Source of the DNA: Sedimentisphaerales bacterium
GTDB taxonomy: Bacteria; Planctomycetota; Phycisphaerae; Sedimentisphaerales; Anaerobacaceae
DNA length: 64,000 bases
Reading direction: 5' to 3'
Assembly: GCA_963708075.1 (NCBI GenBank)
Contig: OY970194.1
Coordinates: 1,248,001-1,312,000, forward strand
In this document: positions 9,266-20,260 of the stretch, in pieces
Layout: the number at the start of each line of letters is the position of its first letter
Position numbering within the stretch: position 1 is the stretch's first letter
Notes under the pieces: model-generated
Told to the model about the DNA's origin: nothing
The model's input: only the letters and a program-made list of their open reading frames with translations
Databases searched by the model: none
Program-made: the position numbers and the translations under genes

Positions 9266-10547
9266 ATGTCGATGTCTGTGAGGTTGGCTGTGGTTGCCTG
9301 TGTGGCGTCACTGATTCTGAGCAGTTCTGTGGGGGCGGCGGACTGGCCGCAATGGCGCGGGCCCAACCGCGACGGCGTCTGCCAGGAGAAGGGATTGCTG
9401 AAGGAGTGGCCCAAAGACGGCCCGAAGCTGCTCTGGGAAATCTCCGGTCTCGGACCGGGATATTCCACGGTCTCCATCGCCAACGGCAAGCTCTACACAA
9501 TGGGCGACGGCGAACTGGACGGCCAGAAGGCCCAGCTCGTGTACGCCTATGATCTCAAGACGCAGAAGCGGCTGTGGGCGGCCAAAGTGGGTGGGACGCA
9601 CGATGACGGACCCCGATGCGCCGACGGTCGATGGCGATTCCGTCTATGCCATCGGTACGGATGGGAACGTCGTCGGCATCGCCGCCGATAGCGGCAAAGT
9701 GATCTGGATGAAGAATCTGCTGACCGATCTGGGCGGGGCTTCCAACCCCGGTTGGAAGTTCAGCGAATCGCCACTGATCGATGGTGATAAGCTGCTGTGC
9801 ACGCCGGGCGGCCACAAAGCCGTCATCGCCGCGCTCAACAAGAAGACGGGCGACATGATCTGGCAGTGTACGATGCCCGACATCGGCTCCAACGGCACGG
9901 ACGAGGCCGGGTATTCCTCCATCATGATCAGCCAGGGCGCTGGCGTGAAACAGTACGTGCAACTCACGAATGAAGGCGTGGTCAGTGTTTCTGCCGATGG
10001 CAAATTCCTATGGGGCTACAATCGCGTCGCCAACAAGGTGGCGAACATCCCGACGCCTGTGATTGATGGCGATTATGTCTTCACGTCCACCGCTTATCAA
10101 ACGGGCTCGGCGCTGCTCAAGCTCGTGGCTGACGGCGGGGGCGTCAAGGCCCAGGAAGTCTATTGGCTCGACAAGGGCCAGTTCCAGAACCACCACGGCG
10201 GGTTTGTGAAGGTCGGCGATTACATCTATGGTGGTCACAACCACAACAAGGGTGAGCCCACGTGCGTTGAAATGAAGACAGGCAAGATCATGTGGCACAC
10301 CGATCAGCCGGGCAAGGGCTCCGGATGCGTCTTGTACGCGGATGGGTGCCTGTATTTCCGCTATGAGAACGGCCTGGTTGCCCTGGTCGAGGCGACGCCG
10401 GAGAAGTACAACCTCAAGAGCACGTTCACGCCTCCGAACCGGCCGGGAGCTTCAGGCCCTGCCTGGGCGCATCCCGTCATCTCGGACGGCAAGCTGTATC
10501 TTCGCCATGCCGATGTCCTGTTCTGCTATGACGTGAACGCACAGTAG
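9266..10547 (+). pseudogene. Secreted PQQ-like beta-propeller protein, frameshifted near 9618 (possibly assembly error)
   Basis: The 5' frame (signal peptide, DWPQWRGPNRDG...GPRC) continues in another frame as PTVDGD...WAHPVISDGKLYLR. Restoring 2 nt gives the family-typical GPRCTPTVDG. Confidence 0.85.
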
Positions 10548-10710
10548 CCCGGAGGCAGTCTTACCGAGGTTGACTGGCTGAGTGCTTTTTTTGCTCCGTG
10601 TGAGCCCTTTCCCTATCCTGTTCTGCGTGAGATGCGCGATAGTGAGGGAATGGTCGCATGTCCCATGCAGAATGTGGGGCGGGCACGATTTCATTTCAGG
10701 AGTTCGGCGT

Positions 10711-11739
10711 ATGAGAGCGGCGCTGATACGCGAGCACGGTGACTTGGACGTTGTGCAGGTGGGGGAGGTCGAGGCCTCCGTGCCTGCCGCGGGGGAGGTC
10801 GCGCTGAAAGTCCTGTGCGCGGGCCTGAACCACCTGGATATCTGGGTGCGGATGGGCCGGACCAAGTTGAAAATGCCGCACATCCTGGGCTCAGACGCCG
10901 TCGGTATCGTCACGGCTGTGGGCTTGAACGTTGATAGCCCTCGGGTCGGCGATCGGGTGATCGTCAATCCCGGCCTGAGCTGCGGCCATTGTGAGTTCTG
11001 CCAGCGGGGGGAGCAAAGCCTGTGCGTATCCTTCGGGATCATGGGGCTCAGCCGGCACGGGACATTCGCCGAGCAGGCGGTCGTGCCGGCGTCGAACTGC
11101 TATCCCAAGCCTCCGCACCTGAGTGACGAGGAGGCAGGGGCCCTGGGGTTGACGCATGTCACCGCCTGGCGGATGCTCATGACCCGGGCACAGGTCAAGC
11201 CGGGCGAGAGCGTGCTCATCCACGGCATCGGAGGCGGCGTCGCCCTCAGCGTTCTGCAACTGGCCAAACGCATCGGGGCCGAGGTCTTCGTGACGTCATC
11301 ATCCAACGAGAAATTGTCACGCGCGCGAGAACTCGGGGCCGATCACACAATCAACTACAAAGAGGCAAATGTCGTCGAATGGATCAGGCAGCAGAAGGGG
11401 GACCGGGGCGTTGATGTGGCGATTGACGCCGTTGGCGCCGCGGCGTGGCCGCTTGATTTTACGTGCGTCCGCAAAGGCGGCAGGGTTGTCCTGTGCGGCG
11501 TCACGACCGGCGCAAAGGCTGAGACAGACCTTCGGACCCTCTACTGGAATCAGCTCACCGTTCTCGGCTCGACCCTGGGCTCGACACAGGATTTCGAGCA
11601 GATGCTCACGGCTGTGAACGTGAACCAGCTCCGACCGACAATCGACGAGGTCTACCCGCTGGACCGGGTACGCGATGCGATGGCGAAGATGGAGGAGGCA
11701 AGACAGTTCGGAAAGATCGTGCTGAAAGTCGCTGAATGA
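10711..11739 (+). CDS. Zinc-binding alcohol dehydrogenase / MDR family oxidoreductase
   Basis: LNHLD, PHILGSD, structural Zn site CGHCEFC..C, HGIGGGVA nucleotide-binding motif; AGGAG RBS. Confidence 0.9.
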   Translation: MRAALIREHGDLDVVQVGEVEASVPAAGEVALKVLCAGLNHLDIWVRMGRTKLKMPHILGSDAVGIVTAVGLNVDSPRVGDRVIVNPGLSCGHCEFCQRGEQSLCVSFGIMGLSRHGTFAEQAVVPASNCYPKPPHLSDEEAGALGLTHVTAWRMLMTRAQVKPGESVLIHGIGGGVALSVLQLAKRIGAEVFVTSSSNEKLSRARELGADHTINYKEANVVEWIRQQKGDRGVDVAIDAVGAAAWPLDFTCVRKGGRVVLCGVTTGAKAETDLRTLYWNQLTVLGSTLGSTQDFEQMLTAVNVNQLRPTIDEVYPLDRVRDAMAKMEEARQFGKIVLKVAE

Positions 11740-11834
11740 GAGCGTGACAGTACGGACTCTTGCGAACATAATTGTTGTGATTGCATACAGGAATGTAGAG
11801 ATCTCCATGAGTGATCCCTTGGAAAGGGTGGATT

Positions 11835-12410
11835 ATGGCGATGACAGCTTCCGCGATGCTTGAGCTCGGGACGAAAGCCCCCGACTTCAGCTTGCCCGAT
11901 ACGCAGGGCGGCACCGTTTCGCTTACGGATTTCGATGGCGCCAAGGCGCTGCTTGTCGTGTTCATGTGCAACCATTGTCCCTTTGTAAAGCACATCTTGT
12001 ACGTCCTTTTGAATTTGGCCCGGGAATATCAGCCCAAAGGGGTCGCCGTTGTGGGGATTAGTGCCAACGATGTGGATGCCTATCCGGAGGACGGGCCCGA
12101 GATGATGGCCCAGTTTGCGGCGCGGATGGATTTTCCATTTCCCTACCTCTATGACGCCACACAGGAGGTGGCCAAGAGGTATCACGCCGCCTGCACGCCG
12201 GATTTCTTTCTGTTCGACGAGGATCGAAAGCTGGTGTATCGTGGGCAGATGGACGACAGTCGGCCCGGCAACAAAGTGGCAGTGACGGGCGAAGATCTGC
12301 GCAGGGCGCTGGATGCCGTTCTGGAGGGCAGGCCCGCGCCGCAGGAGCAGAAGCCGAGCATGGGCTGCAACATCAAATGGAAGCCTGGGAACGAGCCTGA
12401 CTACGCATGA
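11835..12410 (+). CDS. Thioredoxin-like (AhpC/TSA family) protein
   Basis: APDFSLPD, FMCNHCPFV, ACTPDFF, YRGQMDDSRPG and GCNIKW motifs. Confidence 0.92.
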   Translation: MAMTASAMLELGTKAPDFSLPDTQGGTVSLTDFDGAKALLVVFMCNHCPFVKHILYVLLNLAREYQPKGVAVVGISANDVDAYPEDGPEMMAQFAARMDFPFPYLYDATQEVAKRYHAACTPDFFLFDEDRKLVYRGQMDDSRPGNKVAVTGEDLRRALDAVLEGRPAPQEQKPSMGCNIKWKPGNEPDYA

Positions 12411-12582
12411 GATTTTCCGCAAGAGGCGGAACGGATTTCTCTGAATGAACGTTATGTAGGTGAAGGACCTTGGGCGGCTGGATTGCAGTGCGTGCCTGTG
12501 CCTGGTGCTCTGACATGAATCGCCGGGCACTTCCCGGCTGAGTGCCTTGGGCTTCAGAATGAGAACGGTTCAGGAACTTTAG

Positions 12583-13914
12583 ATGGTCAAGCGAACGACG
12601 TTTATGCCTGTGATCCTTATCGTGGGGCTTGCAGGTCTTGTCTCAGGGGCCCAGCCGCCTGCCGCGGATGTCAACGCGCCGCAGACCTTGGAGGAATACC
12701 TCCGATTCGCGTCGTTGCACAATGCCGGTCTTAAGGCGGCGTTTGAGGAGTGGAAGGCAGCCCTGGAGCAAATCCCCCAGGCAAAGGCTCTGCCCGATCC
12801 GACATTCACGTACGGCTATTTCACCGAGCAGCTTCAGACACGCCAACAGGCGGGCATCATGCAGATGTTCCCGTGGTTCGGCAAGATCGAGGCCCGCACG
12901 GACGCGGCAGCAGCGGCGGCCAAAGCCGCCCGAAAACGCTACGAAGCGAGAGAGCTGCAACTATTCTTCGACGTCAAGGAGGCGTTTTACGAGTATCTCT
13001 ACCTGGCCAGCGCGATCCAGATCGCCAGGGAGAATCTCGAGCTGGCGCAGCACTTCGAGGAGATCGCACGGGCGAAATATCTGACCGCAACGGGCACACA
13101 TCCGGACATCATCCGGGCACAGATCCGGATCGCGGAGTTGCAGTACAAGCTCAATGCACTGGAGCAGGGACGGGACCCGAATGTGGCGAGGCTGAACGCC
13201 GTGCTCAACCGCCCGGCGGAAGCTCCGTTGCCCTGGCCCCGACAAGAGCCGATCCAGCCTGTGGAGATCGACCGCCGCACACTCGTCGCAGTGATGAAGG
13301 AGAACAACCCGCAGCTTCAAGCGATGGGATTCGATGTCGAGCAGCTTCGCCGGGAGGTGGACGTGGCGAAGCGCAACTTCTACCCGGACATCGGCTTGGA
13401 GGCGCAATGGATGAAGATGAACATGGGCGAGATGTCCGGCAACGATGACGATCTTATGCTGGGTCTGCAACTGAATCTGCCGATCTGGCGGCGCAGCTAC
13501 AAGGCCGGCGAACTGCAGGCACGGGCGATGGCTCGACGGGCCCAGCACGAAAAGAAAGACATGGAAAACGAGCTGGTCGCACGGACGGCCCGTACCTTGT
13601 ACGAGTACGAGGATAATGGCCGCCGGCTGCGGTTGTACGGCGATGAACTTGGCCCCAGGGCCCAGCAGCTTATCAGTGTTTCTGAGGCGGCCTACCTGGC
13701 GGGAACAGTTGATTTTCTCAGTCTGATCGATGCCCAACAGATGCTGCTGGAATTCCGGCTGGAACGGGAGCGGGCCTCGGCCAGCCGGCAGCAGAAATTG
13801 GCCGAGCTGGAGATGCTCGCGGGCACCGGTCTGGCGGGACCAATGCCTGAGTCGAAATCCAATGAGCAAGGACCCGCTGAAATGAATCCTGCAACATCAG
13901 ATCAGAGGAACTGA
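12583..13914 (+). CDS. TolC family outer membrane efflux protein (CusC-like)
   Basis: Signal peptide, ALPDP motif, two OEP-like helical repeats, Met-rich loop; lies upstream of cusBA-like genes. Confidence 0.88.
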   Translation: MVKRTTFMPVILIVGLAGLVSGAQPPAADVNAPQTLEEYLRFASLHNAGLKAAFEEWKAALEQIPQAKALPDPTFTYGYFTEQLQTRQQAGIMQMFPWFGKIEARTDAAAAAAKAARKRYEARELQLFFDVKEAFYEYLYLASAIQIARENLELAQHFEEIARAKYLTATGTHPDIIRAQIRIAELQYKLNALEQGRDPNVARLNAVLNRPAEAPLPWPRQEPIQPVEIDRRTLVAVMKENNPQLQAMGFDVEQLRREVDVAKRNFYPDIGLEAQWMKMNMGEMSGNDDDLMLGLQLNLPIWRRSYKAGELQARAMARRAQHEKKDMENELVARTARTLYEYEDNGRRLRLYGDELGPRAQQLISVSEAAYLAGTVDFLSLIDAQQMLLEFRLERERASASRQQKLAELEMLAGTGLAGPMPESKSNEQGPAEMNPATSDQRN

Positions 13915-14047
13915 GCGCCTGGCAACTTGCTCTTCGATTTTTGCCTTTGAACTGAACTCCTATGGGAATAGTATAGATTGCCAAGTGCTTATCTTTGTTT
14001 AGAGCCTTGGAAAACGTGGTTGGAAGTCAAGTTGAAAGGACCGCACT

Positions 14048-14404
14048 GTGAATCGTAAAGCAAGACTTATAGAGCATCTCGTAATGATGATGGTTCCGGC
14101 GTTCGGCGCACTTGTTCTGTTCGCTGGTTGCCAAAAGGAAAAACCGACGGTGGGGACGCAGGCAACGCAGACAAAGACGCAGGGGACAGTGCCGATGAAG
14201 CACGAGGCGACCCCCGCGCCGGCGCAGCAGGTAGCTCAAGTGGTGGAGCAGACCACCTGCCCGGTGATGGGCGGGCCCATCGACAAGAATGTCTTCATCG
14301 AGTATCAGGGTAAGAAGGTCTACTTCTGTTGCAACGGATGTCCCGAGACGTTTAAGGCCAACCCGGAGAAGTACATTTCCAAGCTGCCGCAGTTTGCCAA
14401 GTAG
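14048..14404 (+). CDS. YHS-domain lipoprotein (metal-binding)
   Basis: Lipobox FAGC; QTTCPVMGG...YQGKKVYFCCNGC..F..NPEKY. Confidence 0.85.
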   Translation: MNRKARLIEHLVMMMVPAFGALVLFAGCQKEKPTVGTQATQTKTQGTVPMKHEATPAPAQQVAQVVEQTTCPVMGGPIDKNVFIEYQGKKVYFCCNGCPETFKANPEKYISKLPQFAK

Positions 14405-14442
14405 AAGGGGCATTGGGCAATCCTCGCCCGGAGAGCAGAAGA

Positions 14443-15666
14443 ATGAAAAAGAGTAGAGTACTTGCCGCTATCTTTGTCGTCCTGGCATTGGCAGCGGCGA
14501 CAGTAGGCTTCATCGAGCGGGGTCCCTTGATCGCGTGGTATCGTAGCTGCACGGAAAAAGGCGGAATCAAGGGACTCTTCTACTGCCCGATGCATCCCGC
14601 GTTCACATCGGACCGGCCGGGGAACTGCGCCATCTGTGGGATGAGCCTGGTGAAGAAAGAGACGGCGGATGCCCCGGCCGGCGGACAGAAGGGGGCGGGT
14701 GGCGACAGGAAGATACTCTACTATCGCAATCCCATGAATCCCCAGGTCACCTCGCCGGTCCCGATGAAGGATGAGATGGGGATGGACTACGTACCCGTAT
14801 ACGAGGAGCAAGGGACTCAGGCGCATCCGGGTGTCTATATAAGCCCGGAGAAGCAGCAACTGATCGGCGTCAAGAAGGGTAAAGTCCAGATGCGCAAGCT
14901 CTCCGGGCAAATCCTGACGGTGGGCCGGGTGGCATACGATCCCGCTTTGTTCACGGCACAGCAGGAGTATCTGCAAATCCTGAAAGGCCGCCAGTTTGCC
15001 CAGAAGGCCAATCTGAACGAGGTGAACGAGCAGTCGGTTTCGCTGCTGAAGGCCGCACGATCCAAGCTCCTTCTTATGGGGATGAGCGACGCCGAAATCG
15101 ATGCCATGGAAAAACAGGGCAGGGCCGAGACGAACTTGTACCTGCCCACCAGCGAGGACGGGAATGTCTGGGTGTACGTCACGATCTACGAGTATGAGGC
15201 GGGATTGGTTAAGGAGGGTATGCCGGTCCAGGTTGACACGCTGGCCTATCCGGGCCAGACGTTCCAGGGCCGGATCGTCGCGATCACGCCCCTGTTGGAG
15301 ACCGCCACGCGTACGCTCAAAGCCAGGGCCCTGGTGGAGAATCCCGAAGGCAAGCTCAAACTCGAGATGTTTGCCAACGTCCGGATCGACTACGACATTG
15401 GCGAGAGGCTGGCCATACCCGAGGAAGCCGTGATGCACGCGGGCACGCGCGACATCGTGTATGTGGTCGATCCCAACGGCTATTTCGAACCCAGGACGGT
15501 GAGACTGGGTGTGAAGGCTCAAGGTTGGTACGAGCTCTTGCAGGGTCCCGCGGCGGATGAGGAAGTCGTCACTTCCGCCAACTTCCTGGTGGACTCAGAA
15601 TCGAAGCTCAATGCGGTTCTGAACCAGATGACGGAACCCAATCAGCCGGATGGTGGCCACCAATGA
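14443..15666 (+). CDS. cusB: CusB-like efflux RND periplasmic adaptor subunit with heavy-metal binding domains
   Basis: YCPMHP..PGNCAICGMSL, YYRNPMNP..KDEMGMDYVP, TRTLKAR, SANFLVDSESKL. Confidence 0.88.
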   Translation: MKKSRVLAAIFVVLALAAATVGFIERGPLIAWYRSCTEKGGIKGLFYCPMHPAFTSDRPGNCAICGMSLVKKETADAPAGGQKGAGGDRKILYYRNPMNPQVTSPVPMKDEMGMDYVPVYEEQGTQAHPGVYISPEKQQLIGVKKGKVQMRKLSGQILTVGRVAYDPALFTAQQEYLQILKGRQFAQKANLNEVNEQSVSLLKAARSKLLLMGMSDAEIDAMEKQGRAETNLYLPTSEDGNVWVYVTIYEYEAGLVKEGMPVQVDTLAYPGQTFQGRIVAITPLLETATRTLKARALVENPEGKLKLEMFANVRIDYDIGERLAIPEEAVMHAGTRDIVYVVDPNGYFEPRTVRLGVKAQGWYELLQGPAADEEVVTSANFLVDSESKLNAVLNQMTEPNQPDGGHQ

Positions 15667-18600
15667 TCGATAGAATCATCGAATTCTGCGCGAAGAACAA
15701 GTTCATCGTGATCTTCTTCACGATCGCGGCCATCGTCGCCGCCATCTACAGCGTCAAGAACATCCCGCTGGACGCCATTCCGGACCTGTCCGACACGCAG
15801 GTGATCATCTATTCGCAATGGGACCGCAGCCCCGACATCATCGAGGACCAGGTGACCTATCCGATCGTCACCGCGATGCTCGGCGCTCCCCATGTCAAAG
15901 CCATTCGTGGGTTTTCCGATTTCGGTTTCTCCTATGTCTACGTCATTTTCCAGGACGGCACGGACATCTACTGGGCGCGCAGCCGCACCGTGGAGTACCT
16001 GAGCAAGATCACCGCCCGCCTCCCGCAGGGAGTGCAGATGGAGATCGGGCCGGACGCCACGGCTTTGGGGTGGGTCTATCAATATGCCCTGGTGGACAAG
16101 ACCGGCAACAACAGTCTCGCCGATATGCGGAGTTTTCAGGATTGGTACCTGCGCTACTGGCTCCAAAGCGTGCCGGGCGTTGCCGAGGTCGCCACCGTCG
16201 GCGGTTTCCAGAAACAATACCAGGTGAACGTCAACCCAAACGCTCTGCTGGCCTACAACATACCGTTGACGAAGGTCGTGGAGGCCGTCCGGCAAAGCAA
16301 CAACGACGTTGGCGCCCGACTCCTCGAAATGTCCGGCACGGAGTACATGATCCGAGCCAAGGGCTATATCAAATCGCCGCAGGACCTGGAGAATACGGTC
16401 ATCGGCACGGATAACGCCGGTACTCCCGTGCTGGTGAAGAACGTGGCGAGCGTTGTACTGGGCCCGGATATCCGCAGGGGGGTAGCCGATCTCGACGGCG
16501 AGGGCGACACCGTCGGCGGGATCGTTGTCATGCGGCAGGGCGAAAACGCCCTTAATGTCATCAATCGCGTCAAAACCAAGATCGAGGACATCAGGCCGTC
16601 GCTGCCGAAAGGTGTTGAGCTCGTTACCACCTACGACCGCTCGGAGCTCATCAAGCGGGCCGTCGACACCTTGCGGCACCAGCTTATCGAAGAGGTGACC
16701 GTCGTCTGTCTCGTGATTCTGCTGTTTCTGTGGCATTTCCCTTCCGCCATTATCCCGATCATTACGATCCCCATCTCGGTATTGCTGGCGTTCATTCCGA
16801 TGTATGGCATGAAGCTGACCGCCAACATTATGTCGATTTCAGGTATCGCCATCTCTATCGGTGTGCTCTGCGACGGCGCCATCGTGGAGGTGGAAAATGC
16901 CTATCGAAAGCTGGAGCTATGGAACTCAGGGGGGCGCAAGGGGGATTTTCACGCTGTCCGCCTCAAGGCTCTGCAGGAGGTGGGGCCGTCGGTGTTCTTC
17001 TCCCTGCTGGTGATCGCGGTGGCGTTCCTGCCGATTTTCACACTGGTGGATCAGGAAGGCCGGCTGTTCAAGCCGCTGGCGTACAGCAAGAACCTGGCCA
17101 TGGCGATTGCCGCCATTCTGGCGATCACTCTCGACCCGGCCATCCGCATGCTGTTCGCTCGGATGGACTACCACTATTTTCGGCCCCGGTGGCTGGCCTG
17201 GCTGTACAATACGCTCACTGTCGGCAAGTACTACCCGGAGGAGAAGCACCCGGTCAGCCGGGTCCTGTTCGCCCTGTATGAGCCGCCCTGCAAGTTCGTC
17301 CTCAACCATGGGCGGGCGACGATCATTATTGCGATTCTGCTGATAATTATCACCGTGCCGGTGTATTTCCGCCTGGGCTCGGAGTTCATGCCGCCGTTGA
17401 ACGAGGGGACCATTCTTTACATGCCGACGACGCTGCCTGGCCTTTCGGTCACGGAGGCAGGCAACCTGCTCCAGATTCAGGATAAGATCCTGGCGTCGTT
17501 CCCCGAGGTGGAACGGGTGTTCGGCAAGGCGGGGCGGGCCAACACGTCCACGGACCCGGCTCCGTTTTCCATGATGGAAACCACCGTGGTCCTCAAGGAC
17601 AAGAAGGATTGGCGTCCGGGTCTGACGTGGGAGCAGTTGATCGACGAGATCAACGCCAAGATGCAGATCCCCGGCGTCACTAATGCCTGGACCATGCCCA
17701 TCCGCGCGGATCGACATGCTCACGACCGGCGTACGCACCCCCGTGGGTATCAAGATCTATGGGCCCAAGCTCGATGAGATCGAGAAGATCGGCATGCAGC
17801 TCGAGCAGATCGTCAAGCCGCTGTCGGGAACCCGCAGCGTGTACGCGGAGCGGGTGTCCGGAGGCTATTTCGTGGATGTCGCCCTCAAGCGAGAGCAATT
17901 GGCCCGTTATGGGCTGACCGTTGAGGACGCCGAGATGATTATCATGTCGGCTGTCGGTGGGGAGAACGTGACGACCGCCATCCAGGGGCCGGAACGGTAC
18001 GGCGTGAACGTGCGGTACGCTCGCGATTACCGGGACGACCTCGAGAAGCTTCAGCGAGTGCTGGTTCCGACCATGTCGGGCGCCCAGATTCCGCTCCAAG
18101 CCATCGCCGACATCAACGTCTCTCTCGGACCTTCGATGATCCGGGATGAAAATGGCATGATGGCGGGTTATGTGTATGTGGACCTTTCGAGCAAGGACAT
18201 CGGCGGCTACGTGGCTCAGGCGAAGCAAGCCGTGCGCGACCAGTTGCAGTTGCCCGCAGGCTATTCTCTCCAGTGGAGCGGCCAGTTTGAGAACATGCTG
18301 CGTGTACGAGAGCGGCTCTGGGTTGTGATCCCGTTGACGATCCTCATTATCTTCATCCTGCTGTATCTGAATACCAAGAGCGTGGTCAAGACAGGCATGG
18401 TTCTGCTGGCCGTGTGGTTCTCGCTGATTGGCGCCATCTGGCTGCTGTACCTGCTGGGCTACAATCTCTCGATTGCGGTCTGGGTCGGCATGATTGCTTT
18501 GATGGGCCTCGATGCCGAGACAGGTGTGTTCATGCTGCTGTTTCTGGATTTGTCCTATGAGGAGAGGCGGGCCCAGGGCCGGCTCAAGACCCTCGCCGAC

Positions 18601-18867
18601 CTGAAAGAAGCCGTGATCCACGGGGCGGTCAGACGTATCCGGCCCAAGATCATGACCGTTGGGACCACGTTCATTGGACTCATCCCCATCATGTGGTCCA
18701 TGGGCACGGGCGCGGACATGATGAAGCGAATTGCCGCCCCCATGATCGGCGGCATCTTCACGAGCTTTCTGCTGGAGCTGCTCGTATACCCGCCATTATA
18801 CATGACCTGGAAATGGCGCACCGAGATGAAGAAAGGCAAGGCTATCCCGCCCCAGCCAAGTGTATAG
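15663..18867 (+). pseudogene. cusA: CusA/CzcA family heavy-metal efflux RND permease, frameshifted near 17705 (probably assembly error)
   Basis: LDAIPDLSDTQVII, EDQVTYP, GSEFMPPLNEG. The frame breaks at WTMPIRA|RIDML within a GC dinucleotide run; the C-terminal frame carries RIRPKIMT and MKRIAAPMIGG. Confidence 0.92.
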
Positions 18868-18890
18868 CGAAAAAGGCTTGAGCAGGAAAA

Positions 18891-18965
18891 TCGGGGCGAG
18901 TGGACTTGAACCACCGACCTCTTGCACCCCATGCAAGCGCGCTAGCCAAACTGCGCCACGCCCCG
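18891..18965 (-). tRNA. tRNA-Pro(GGG), copy 1
   Basis: Reverse strand CGGGGCGTGGCGCAGTTTGGCTAGCGCGCTTGCATGGGGTGCAAGAGGTCGGTGGTTCAAGTCCACTCGCCCCGA forms a full cloverleaf with anticodon GGG; CCA not encoded. Confidence 0.97.
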
Positions 18966-18980
18966 AGGTATAACAAGGCT

Positions 18981-19009
18981 ATTGTAGTACTGTCGGCTGT
19001 CGCAGACAA
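18981..19009 (-). promoter_or_regulatory. Sigma70-type promoter of tRNA-Pro copy 1
   Basis: TTGTCT-17 bp-TACAAT on the minus strand, preceded by an A-tract (UP-like), 15 bp upstream of the tRNA. Confidence 0.65.
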
Positions 19010-19132
19010 GGCTTTTTTTTGCGAAAGTCAGATAGGACCAACTCAAATAGCCGCAGGATGTCCCGTCCGGCACAGGAAAATCCAACGCAAAACCGACGAT
19101 TGTGAGCTGCAAAAAAATATATTCATAATCGC

Positions 19133-19162
19133 TTGACAAAGTTAGGGTAGCCTAACTATGAT
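19133..19162 (+). promoter_or_regulatory. Promoter with DtxR/MntR-type operator
   Basis: TTGACA-18 bp-TATGAT. The spacer is filled by the palindrome AGTTAGG-GTAG-CCTAACT (19140-19157), resembling DtxR-family boxes, directly upstream of a DtxR-family gene. Confidence 0.8.
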
Positions 19163-19194
19163 GATGGAACGAGTGGCAACGAAAGGTCAGTGGC

Positions 19195-19677
19195 ATGGAT
19201 TCTCGCAATGAAAAACAGCTTAGTGCGTCCCTTGAGGACTACCTGGAGGCGATCCTCAACCTGGCGGGTGATTCGCAAGGGGCGAGGAGCAAGGATATCG
19301 CCGAGGCCCTGGGGGTTGCGAGGCCGTCTGTGACCGGTGCGTTGAAGGTGCTGAGAGAGCGGGGGCTGGCCAACTACCAGCCCTACGGCTGCATCACGCT
19401 GACAGCCAGCGGGCGGACGGTAGCCGAAGAGGTCGCTCGAAAGCACAGTGTCCTCACGTCCTTCTTCGTCAGCGTGCTTGGCGTGGAGGAAGACGTGGCG
19501 CAGAAGGCTGCCTGCAAGGCCGAGCATGCACTGGGGCCGGAGATTATCGGCAGATTACTATCCTTCATTGAATATGTTACGGCAAGCAATCAGAGCGGCT
19601 CCAATGTGGCCGGCGAGTTCCGGCAGCTCTGCAAGAAGCGGCCGGTCAGATCGAAGGGAAAAGGCCTGCAGCAATGA
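19195..19677 (+). CDS. DtxR/MntR family metal-dependent transcriptional regulator
   Basis: SLEDYLEAI, wHTH DIAEALGVARPSVT, ARKH..L, ACKAEH. Confidence 0.93.
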   Translation: MDSRNEKQLSASLEDYLEAILNLAGDSQGARSKDIAEALGVARPSVTGALKVLRERGLANYQPYGCITLTASGRTVAEEVARKHSVLTSFFVSVLGVEEDVAQKAACKAEHALGPEIIGRLLSFIEYVTASNQSGSNVAGEFRQLCKKRPVRSKGKGLQQ

Positions 19678-19701
19678 CAGACGATCTCTTTTTTTGTCGA
19701 G

Positions 19702-19723
19702 TAAGTTCGCCTCGCCTAACTTT
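19702..19723 (+). promoter_or_regulatory. Degenerate second DtxR-type box upstream of feoB
   Basis: TAAGTTCGCCTCGCCTAACTTT aligns with the 19140 box: AAGTT and GCCTAACT are identical, with the same spacing. Confidence 0.55.
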
Positions 19724-19759
19724 GGGCAGGCTGGTTTACGGCACAATGAGTGATACGCA

Positions 19760-20260
19760 ATGGCAAGACCCAAAGTAGTCCTTGTGGGCAATCCGAATGT
19801 AGGCAAGAGCGTCATGTTCAACAACCTGACGGGCTCGTACGTGACGGTATCGAACTATCCCGGCACGACGGTGGAGGTTTCCCGGGGCACCGGCAGGATC
19901 GGCGACATCGAGTTTGAGGTGATCGATACGCCCGGCATGTATTCGCTCCTGCCGATCACCGAAGAGGAACGGGTCGCCCGGAACATCATCCTGGAAGAAA
20001 GCCCGTCGGTCGTGCTTCACATCGCCGACGCCAAGAATCTGGAACGGATGCTGGGGCTGACCGTGCAGCTTGTGGAAGCCGGCCTGCCCACGATTCTCGT
20101 GCTGAACATGATGGACGAGCTCAAGACACTCGGAAAACGGGTGAATATCGACCTGTTGCGAGCACGACTGAACATACCTGTCGTACCGGCCGTTGCCACC
20201 GCACACGAGGGGATAGACCTGGTAGCACAAAGGATTCGTGATTATGTCTGTAAATCTTGA
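19760..20260 (+). CDS. feoB: FeoB small GTPase domain (N-terminal half of split FeoB)
   Basis: GNPNVGKS, NYPGTT, DTPG, NMMD G-motifs. Confidence 0.93.
   Translation: MARPKVVLVGNPNVGKSVMFNNLTGSYVTVSNYPGTTVEVSRGTGRIGDIEFEVIDTPGMYSLLPITEEERVARNIILEESPSVVLHIADAKNLERMLGLTVQLVEAGLPTILVLNMMDELKTLGKRVNIDLLRARLNIPVVPAVATAHEGIDLVAQRIRDYVCKS

Noticed and set aside
1406..10547. PQQ-dependent dehydrogenases or true BamB
   Set aside because: Only generic propeller repeats are visible; such proteins are a large expanded family in planctomycetes and no pqq genes are present.
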